Source: a virus (lineage: Duplodnaviria; Caudoviricetes). From it: a stretch of 27,284 nt of DNA. Below the pieces are notes generated by a model. It saw only the letters and a list, made by a program, of their open reading frames with translations. It was not told the DNA's origin and made no database searches. Below are positions 18,822 to 25,188 of the stretch, piece after piece. The position numbers and the translations under genes are program-made. The stretch covers positions 1-27,284 of the IMG/VR virus record IMGVR_UViG_3300005512_000271; one strand, given 5' to 3'. How positions within the stretch are numbered: the first letter of the stretch is position 1; every line of letters begins with the position of its first letter.

Positions 18822-19001
18822 ATGAACCTCATCACAACAAACGAACTTTCGCAAGCGACAGGAATTTCAATCGACAAGTTGCGGAAGCTGCATCAGTCGA
18901 AACAAACCAAAACCAGCAAGCAGTTCACCCCGAGAGGTCCCATCCTCTGGAGTAAGTCTGCAGTAACTGAAGTGACAGGATTACTGAATGACCGAAATTG
19001 A
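18822..19001 (+). CDS. Xis/AlpA-like winged-HTH protein (59 aa)
   Basis: Not in the ORF track. MNLITTNELSQATGISIDKLRKLHQ...PRGPILW; first gene divergent from the repressor. Confidence 0.7.
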   Translation: MNLITTNELSQATGISIDKLRKLHQSKQTKTSKQFTPRGPILWSKSAVTEVTGLLNDRN

Positions 19002-19167
19002 ACTTGATGAGATTAAATCTGATCTCCGTGAGATCAAAGAGATGATGAGAGTCATCTCCAAACAGGTGGCAGCAGACCAAGAGGTTGCTGCCGTTCGGAC
19101 TCTCCGCAAGTTGGAGGAGTCCCGTATTTCAAAACAGATCCGCCAGATGTCAGAACTGGCGGACTAA
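18988..19167 (+). CDS. 59-aa coiled-coil hypothetical protein
   Basis: Not in the ORF track. MTEIELDEIKSDLREIKEMMRVISKQV...; AGGA upstream. Confidence 0.65.
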   Translation: MTEIELDEIKSDLREIKEMMRVISKQVAADQEVAAVRTLRKLEESRISKQIRQMSELAD

Positions 19168-19182
19168 CCACAAAGAGGACGC

Positions 19183-19431
19183 ATGAGGAAATTTAAATGC
19201 CCACGCAAACAATCCCAGTATGACAACACACTGAAACTATTGGATGGGCCTAAAGGCGAAAGGCTGAAGAAATGGAAGACGTTCAGAGGTAGTGGCGTTG
19301 AAACTACGATTTGGCGAGGCATTCACTGGGAACGCTTAAAAGAAATGTGTCCGCATTGGAAAGTTTATCACAAAGAAAATCTCTACCCATGCTGGGCCGC
19401 AGGTCGAGATTGGGCAAAACAAAACAACTAA
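19183..19431 (+). CDS. Basic hypothetical protein
   Basis: RBS GAGGA, ATG start, 82 aa. Confidence 0.65.
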   Translation: MRKFKCPRKQSQYDNTLKLLDGPKGERLKKWKTFRGSGVETTIWRGIHWERLKEMCPHWKVYHKENLYPCWAAGRDWAKQNN

Positions 19432-19445
19432 ACCCTCACCGGCTT

Positions 19446-19588
19446 CCCAGTGCCGTGCCTGCCGACTGTCCGTGGTCACATCCTGCAGGCAAAAACTGGG
19501 CTTCCACTGGGGTGCAGAACATTGGACTCATTGACAGAGTTCTCTGAAGTGAGATGAAAGCGGTTTTTCTCATTTCATCTGCATCCCA
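19446..19588 (+). ncRNA. Putative structured intergenic RNA (hairpin plus three-way junction)
   Basis: Stems 19446-51/19495-500, 19456-62/19485-91, 19508-18/19578-88, 19524-29/19537-42 and 19545-54/19568-77. Confidence 0.5.
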
Positions 19589-19619
19589 TTGGATGAGCCA
19601 ACCCAATACATGGAGAGTG

Positions 19620-19778
19620 ATGATGTCCAGAGTCGAATACCTCTTTGATTTAGAGATTCAGCACCGCAAGTCCAGAATCCTCCGTCCCTCCCAGCAGTTA
19701 CTTCTACGTCGTGCCTATTGGTGGGTGCGTCTTCAATGGATCACACTCAAATGGAAACTACGACAGAAGAAAAACTGA
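19620..19778 (+). CDS. Small basic hypothetical protein
   Basis: Start moved to ATG 19620/19623 after GGAGAG. Confidence 0.55.
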   Translation: MMSRVEYLFDLEIQHRKSRILRPSQQLLLRRAYWWVRLQWITLKWKLRQKKN

Positions 19779-20047
19779 ATGATCGATTTGAAGCATTCAA
19801 GGCAGAGACTGCACGGATGGGTCGAGCGTACTGGGTATCTGTGCGTCGTGCAGAAGAAAGGTCTAAGGAGATCCGGCAGTCCTACACTGCAGTCTACCAG
19901 TGTCCTGCGTGTGGTCTGTTCCGTCCAGCAGATCACAGCAGGGATTGCAGGGATCTCCGCCCTGTCGATTTGTCAATGAGTGAGAAAATCCATTGGAGGG
20001 ATCATGGAACTGATTGGAATTGGGACTACCAGGCGACCATTGAGTGA
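19736..20047 (+). CDS. Hypothetical protein with Zn finger (CPAC...H...C)
   Basis: YQCPACGLFRPADHSRDC; start uncertain (19736 or 19751). Confidence 0.6.
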   Translation: MDHTQMETTTEEKLNDRFEAFKAETARMGRAYWVSVRRAEERSKEIRQSYTAVYQCPACGLFRPADHSRDCRDLRPVDLSMSEKIHWRDHGTDWNWDYQATIE

Positions 20048-20189
20048 AAGACTGCGGGAGAGACTGGAGAAGATGGACGCCAAACCTGCTCTCCTGTTCT
20101 GCAGTCGGTGCGAGACCTACAAGCCCAACAGGAAACCATATTGGAATCCTGGCAGATCCAAGTGCCGTGCATGCGAAAGGATTCGATGA
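20004..20189 (+). CDS. Small Zn-ribbon protein
   Basis: RBS GGAGGG; CSRC...CRAC. Confidence 0.65.
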   Translation: MELIGIGTTRRPLSERLRERLEKMDAKPALLFCSRCETYKPNRKPYWNPGRSKCRACERIR

Positions 20190-20368
20190 GTTATCCGCAT
20201 ACTGGGAATAGGTTGTGTCGCAACTGTCGGCACTACCGGACTGCGGGGCTCCGCATTCCCTCTTCCTATATCTGGGGGATGTGTGGGGTCACTGGAGCAG
20301 ATGAAGCACCCCTGCACTCCTGCGGATTTTGGGAATGGGATGAAGATCGGAAGGAGAAGAAAGAGTGA
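20186..20368 (+). CDS. Small Cys-rich protein
   Basis: ATGA coupling; CRNCRHY...GMC...SCGFWE. Confidence 0.65.
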   Translation: MSYPHTGNRLCRNCRHYRTAGLRIPSSYIWGMCGVTGADEAPLHSCGFWEWDEDRKEKKE

Positions 20369-21471
20369 GTCATTGGAAGGACCCTCGGATTTGTTTGATG
20401 TGCGGACTCAAGTACATCCCCTTGGTGGCACGACAGAAAACCTGCGGGGATATCTGCAGCAGAGAATACAAACTAGAGCAGGAAAAACTGAAGTACCGTG
20501 CAGTCGCACCCAAGACCTGTGTTGTTTGCAAGAACGTCTTTGAGGCAGACCGGAAGGCCAAGACCTGCAGCAAAGAGTGCAGTGTTCAATGGCGCAAGAG
20601 GAGGAAGAGAAAATATCCACCTAAGAATTGTGTCGTCTGCAAGAAGGAATTTTACGGGAGTCCTCGCTCAATAACTTGCAGCTCGGAATGCTCCTATCAG
20701 TCGAAGTTGAATAGGGCACGACTCGGTCTGTATCAAAAAGACCGACCCTCAAAGCCCTGCGAAACCTGCGGGGAGATGTTCAAACCCAAGACTCTGAGTC
20801 ATCGATTCTGCGGAAGAAAATGCTGGGAATTGAACCCTAAGAAGCCTCCCCAGATTGTGGCCTGTCTGCATTGTGGGGAGGAATACACGAAGATTAACAC
20901 TCATCAGAAATACTGCTCTCCCGATTGTTTTGAGGATGCGAGAAGGCAGAGAGCGCAGTGGAATAATTGGAAAGTAAGAGGGGAACCGAAAAAGAAAGTT
21001 GTGAAGTGCAAGTCCTGCAATTTTCATTTTGAGCAGAAGCACTCCCGCCACGTTTACTGTTCCGCAAGTTGTAATTCGGATACCCAGAGAGAGAGGGGAC
21101 GGAAGGCAACCCAGAATTCTCCGATTCGACCTAAAAAGTGTCTGCACTGCAAAGGGGAGTTCAAACCCAGAACTCGGAAGTCGATGGCAAAGTTCTGCAG
21201 TTCCGCCTGCCGTGGTGGGTATCAGGTTGCCAAACGGCAGGAGAAGATTGCTGAACTGGAAAAGGAACAGACCAACCAGGTTGAGCTGCAGAAAAAATGG
21301 GACGACTCATCGATTCAGGTCCGAGATTGTCCTCCAGACACGGCATATGCCAAGGAGATCTGGGCCTATCTGAAGAAGGGTAAGACGATCACTCGGTACC
21401 TGCACCCGATTTGGGCAGTGGGTTCTACGATCAATGAAGATGAGGAGGAACTGATTGAATTAGAAATTTAA
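20365..21471 (+). CDS. Seven-repeat treble-clef-like Zn-finger protein with a non-nuclease C-terminus
   Basis: Seven CxxC-xxx-(F/Y)...C(S/G)xxC units; GTG start with AAGGAG upstream; acidic tail. Confidence 0.85.
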   Translation: MSHWKDPRICLMCGLKYIPLVARQKTCGDICSREYKLEQEKLKYRAVAPKTCVVCKNVFEADRKAKTCSKECSVQWRKRRKRKYPPKNCVVCKKEFYGSPRSITCSSECSYQSKLNRARLGLYQKDRPSKPCETCGEMFKPKTLSHRFCGRKCWELNPKKPPQIVACLHCGEEYTKINTHQKYCSPDCFEDARRQRAQWNNWKVRGEPKKKVVKCKSCNFHFEQKHSRHVYCSASCNSDTQRERGRKATQNSPIRPKKCLHCKGEFKPRTRKSMAKFCSSACRGGYQVAKRQEKIAELEKEQTNQVELQKKWDDSSIQVRDCPPDTAYAKEIWAYLKKGKTITRYLHPIWAVGSTINEDEEELIELEI

Positions 21472-21472
21472 C

Positions 21473-21803
21473 GGTGCTGGGCAAAGTGGTGAGCGGAGTC
21501 CTCCCTAAACAAATTCCGCTACATTCATGTACCACCTAATCAATATGGGGGCTTTTGTCTTTTTTCCACCCCTACGATCTCAGCACCTCCAAACCCGCTG
21601 ATCTGCATCAGGCCCATCCTGTGGGTCTGGTAGAGACCAGTCAAAAGACTGCAAATCGAGAGACGCATCCACGCTATCAGGTCTCTCCAGCATCGTGCTG
21701 TCATGCGCAGGAAATCTGTTACTGACATGGAGATTTCCAGAGGTTCTGCAGTCCAAACTGATGATCGATACTCGGACTTATTGAGAAGGTGCTGGTCTCT
21801 GTT
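21473..21803 (+). ncRNA. Putative multi-domain structured RNA upstream of the HNH gene
   Basis: About ten nested stems (see findings) in a 345-nt gap with no credible ORF. Confidence 0.55.
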
Positions 21804-21817
21804 TTAAGGAGAAATGG

Positions 21818-22282
21818 ATGTCTAAGAAGTTAATTGATTTTGAGAGATTTCGGATTGTTCCCTGTGACCATGAGGAAATGATTCGTGACTACGGACCTCA
21901 TCCTGGTGGGCACTACTGCAAAGTGACCTGTGGGAAATGCAGGAGATTCATCAAGTGGGAAGGCAAACCGAAGGAGAAGAAGTCACGCAAGGGTCAGGCG
22001 GAGCTCCGCAATCGTTTCTGCAAAGACTACTGCGAGATGTGTCTCAGCATGAAAGAGGATCTGGTGCTGCCAGACACTCTGGAGATCCATCATGTTCTGG
22101 AGGTTCAGCATGGAGGCAGTGATGACCCTGAGAACCTGCAGACTCTCTGCACTGGGTGCCACAAGATGGTTCACTGGCGCAGGACCTACAACCGACATTC
22201 TAGTTTTGAAACCCATCAAACAAATGAGGACGCATGTTCCAAAAAGCGACAAAGAAAGAAGCCAGAGCACGGATTGCTCTGA
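21818..22282 (+). CDS. HNH endonuclease with N-terminal Zn ribbon
   Basis: CEMC...EIHHVLEVQHGGSDDPENLQTLCTGCHKMVH; RBS TAAGGAG. Confidence 0.9.
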   Translation: MSKKLIDFERFRIVPCDHEEMIRDYGPHPGGHYCKVTCGKCRRFIKWEGKPKEKKSRKGQAELRNRFCKDYCEMCLSMKEDLVLPDTLEIHHVLEVQHGGSDDPENLQTLCTGCHKMVHWRRTYNRHSSFETHQTNEDACSKKRQRKKPEHGLL

Positions 22283-22926
22283 CAGGCACTTCAGGGTCTG
22301 GCAAAACCTGGAGTTCTTTGATGTTGGCAACCGAGTTGGCAGAGGGGAAACCTTTTGCTGTTCTTGATACCGAAGCAGGTTCGGCAGCCAAGTACAGTGA
22401 TCAGTTTGTCTTTGATGTTGTGGAGGTGGACGACTTCAAACCTGCAAATTTCTTTGCAGTTTTTGGTGCTGCAAGAGATGCAGGATACCCCGTCCTGGTT
22501 GTCGATAGTCTGACCCATTTCTGGAAAGGTCCTAACGGGATTCTGGAACAGGTCGATGTGCTGACCGATTCCCGATACAAGGGAAATTCGATGAAGGCAT
22601 GGAAGGAAGGCAATGCGATGCACCAACAAGAGTTGGGTGTCATTGTCCGTGCTCCTTTCCATGTCATCTGCACCATGAGAAGCAAGACTGCCTATGAAAC
22701 CAGTCAAGATGATCGTGGGAAGCTGAAGATGCAGAAAATAGGACTCGCACCAGAGCAACGGGAGGGAGTCGAATATGAGTTTGACCTCGTCTGCAATTTC
22801 AATAACCAGAATGGCAAGGTCCTGATGGAGATCAGCAAAACCCGATGCACTGAGATGCAGGGGGTGGTTGCCGCAAATCCTACTGCGGAAACATTTCAAC
22901 CTTTTATTCAATGGTTGCGTGGATAG
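22234..22926 (+). CDS. Sak4-like / AAA_24 ssDNA-annealing ATPase
   Basis: Walker A GTSGSGKT, VLDTE, VVDSLTHFW, EYEFD, KTRC motifs. Confidence 0.85.
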   Translation: MFQKATKKEARARIALTGTSGSGKTWSSLMLATELAEGKPFAVLDTEAGSAAKYSDQFVFDVVEVDDFKPANFFAVFGAARDAGYPVLVVDSLTHFWKGPNGILEQVDVLTDSRYKGNSMKAWKEGNAMHQQELGVIVRAPFHVICTMRSKTAYETSQDDRGKLKMQKIGLAPEQREGVEYEFDLVCNFNNQNGKVLMEISKTRCTEMQGVVAANPTAETFQPFIQWLRG

Positions 22927-23023
22927 ACCACGTTTAAAGACGGTCTGGTGTCCCATTGATGGTTGGCATTGGTGGGATGGCACCGACTACATTCCTGAAA
23001 AACAGTTCCATGAGAGATTCCCT

Positions 23024-23491
23024 ATGGCACGACTAAATTTTAATGCAGACGAATTTGAAACTCCTTCAAGAAATTTACTGGAACCTGGCAAGTACCTCGC
23101 GGAGATCATTGAATCTGAGATCAAGGCAACTCGATCAGGTGGAACCATGCTCTCCATGACTTTTGAAATGTTGAATCCTGCCAAGGGTCGTAGGGTTTGG
23201 CACAACTACAACCTGAAAAATAAATCTGAAAAGGCTGTTGAGATCGGCAAACAAGATCTTGGATACACAGCAAAGGCTGTTGGCAAGCCAAGGTTTGATG
23301 ATACCGAAGAGCTGCATAACATCCCTCTGACCATCACTGTGATTATTGAACAAGGGGATGAGGAGTGGGGACCCTCCAACAAAATCAAGGCATGGGGTCC
23401 TGAATCAGACTTTGACCGGGATCAGCCTACCATTGGAAAACGCAAATTTGACAAGAAAGAAACTGTTGTTGAGGAAGACGTTCCGTGGTGA
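23024..23491 (+). CDS. DUF669-type single-stranded DNA-binding protein
   Basis: LLEPGKYLAEIIESEIK...GRRVWHNYNL...AVEIG; acidic tail EEDVPW. An in-frame upstream start at GTG 22919 is possible. Confidence 0.8.
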   Translation: MARLNFNADEFETPSRNLLEPGKYLAEIIESEIKATRSGGTMLSMTFEMLNPAKGRRVWHNYNLKNKSEKAVEIGKQDLGYTAKAVGKPRFDDTEELHNIPLTITVIIEQGDEEWGPSNKIKAWGPESDFDRDQPTIGKRKFDKKETVVEEDVPW

Positions 23492-25188
23492 TGGATCTCC
23501 GATGGTATCAAAAGGAAGCCGTGGAAGCCGCACAGGATGCACTCAAGAATAAGGAACGTGGGGTGATCGTGTTGCCCACAGGTTCAGGCAAGAGTGTAGT
23601 CCTGGCAGAACTGAGCCAATGGGCCTGCACTTTTGGAGAGCATGTGCGGGTCTGTGTGCTGACCCACACCAAGGAACTGGTGGAGCAGAATGCTCAGACT
23701 CTTTCCCGATTCCTTCCTTCTGTGGGGAGATACTGTGCAGGACTCCGAAAGAAGGAACTGCATCATTCGGTCATCAGTGCCTCCATACAGTCGATCAGTG
23801 GGAAGTCGGACCAGATTCCTCATCGTTTTTCGCTGATTATTGTCGATGAGTGTCACCGAATTCCGGCAAAGGAAAAAGGACTATACCATCGTTTTCTTGA
23901 AGAGCAGGATCTGCGATGTATGCAGGAGAGAGGGCATGGAGTCCCTGTGATTGGACTCTCTGCCACTCCGTTCCGCCTGCAGTCTGGCAAGGTCTATGGC
24001 AAGGACCGATTCTTTGAGAAACTGATCTATGAAGCACCTATCCGCAAATTGGTTGAAGAAGGATTTCTTTCAGATCTGGTTTCCTATGCCAAACAGGATC
24101 AACCGGATCTGACAGGGGTCCGAATACAAAACAGGGAATATGTGGCAGGAGAGCTGGAGGATCGTTTTGTCCCTCTGGTTCCAACACACTGTGCCTCGAT
24201 GGTGGAGAAGGCAGGAGATCGCAGGCACTGGGTAGTCTTTTGCTGTGGGATTGCTCATGCCGAGCTGGTCTGCAAGGAACTACTGCGTCGAGGTATTCAG
24301 ACAGCAGTTGTGCATTCACAGCAACCGAAGTCAGAACGTGACCGTGCCATCGAGTTGTTCAAGAACGGACAATTGGAATGCCTGGTCAATTGCTCTGTGC
24401 TGACAGAAGGATTTGATGCTCCACACATAGATCTTGTTGCCATTCTACGGGCTACCCAGTCGGCTGGACTTTTTGTCCAGATGGCAGGCCGAGGTATGCG
24501 GATCTGTGAAGACAAGCAGAATTGCCTGCTGTTGGATTTCGGAGGAAATCTGGAAAGACATGGGACGATTCCTGAGATCCGAGGGCACCGAGAAAAACAG
24601 TCAAAAGGGGATGGAACTGCACCAGGAAAGACTTGTCCGCAATGCGAGTTCTTCTGCCATGCCGCATTGCTGGAATGCCCAGAGTGTGGATTTGAGTTTG
24701 ATCCACCTGAACGCAAAGGAGCAACCGTTGACGCAGCAGGTCGAGATCCGTTGAAGATTCCAGTCGAAACTCTGGAAGTCAAATCCTGGGATTGGACTTA
24801 TCACAAGGCATTGAAGTCAGAGTATCCTGTCCTGCGTGTCACCTACTTCTGCAAAGACTCCAACCTTGGGGGTCTCTTCTCAAAAAAGATTGAGGAGTTC
24901 CTGCCTTTTGTCAGTCCTAAGTATGGGGCAACCAAAATCTGTGAATCCTGGCTCTTGAAACACAAACGGTTTGATAAGATCACTGTGAAAGGTTGGACAG
25001 ACATGATCAAGCATGGTCTGACAAACGGCACCAACTCGGTGGCCTGGCATGAAATGTATAACCAGAAGATTTCTCCCTTTCAGCATCCTGCTTTTCTGAT
25101 TGTCCGCAAGAATGGGAAATACTTCAGCATTGTGGACAAAATTTTTGAGACTGAAGATGAGTCAAAACGTGCCCGAATCTCTGCGTAA
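23488..25188 (+). CDS. SF2 DEAD/DEAH helicase (RadD/YejH-like) with Zn finger
   Basis: LRWYQ, PTGSGKS, DECH, SAT, LTEGFDAP, QMAGRGMR, CPQC...CPEC. Confidence 0.92.
   Translation: MMDLRWYQKEAVEAAQDALKNKERGVIVLPTGSGKSVVLAELSQWACTFGEHVRVCVLTHTKELVEQNAQTLSRFLPSVGRYCAGLRKKELHHSVISASIQSISGKSDQIPHRFSLIIVDECHRIPAKEKGLYHRFLEEQDLRCMQERGHGVPVIGLSATPFRLQSGKVYGKDRFFEKLIYEAPIRKLVEEGFLSDLVSYAKQDQPDLTGVRIQNREYVAGELEDRFVPLVPTHCASMVEKAGDRRHWVVFCCGIAHAELVCKELLRRGIQTAVVHSQQPKSERDRAIELFKNGQLECLVNCSVLTEGFDAPHIDLVAILRATQSAGLFVQMAGRGMRICEDKQNCLLLDFGGNLERHGTIPEIRGHREKQSKGDGTAPGKTCPQCEFFCHAALLECPECGFEFDPPERKGATVDAAGRDPLKIPVETLEVKSWDWTYHKALKSEYPVLRVTYFCKDSNLGGLFSKKIEEFLPFVSPKYGATKICESWLLKHKRFDKITVKGWTDMIKHGLTNGTNSVAWHEMYNQKISPFQHPAFLIVRKNGKYFSIVDKIFETEDESKRARISA

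Noticed and set aside
21540-21728. 62-aa minus-strand ORF inside the structured gap
   Set aside because: It is isolated against the operon direction with no recognisable motif, and the RNA stems explain the region better.
21600-21760. Group I intron core (GACTGCA/TGCAGTC resembling P7, with inner P7.1/P7.2/P8-like stems)
   Set aside because: The pair flanking the bulged A would be an A-C mismatch, there is no convincing P3-P6, and no interrupted gene is evident.
21710-21815. Hammerhead ribozyme (CTGATGA at 21758-21764, GAAA at 21711 and 21811)
   Set aside because: Stems I and II cannot be formed around the core in either permutation.
22291-22983. 230-aa minus-strand ORF and other antisense or alternate-frame ORFs in the track
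   Set aside because: They shadow well-supported genes and show no motifs or RBS.
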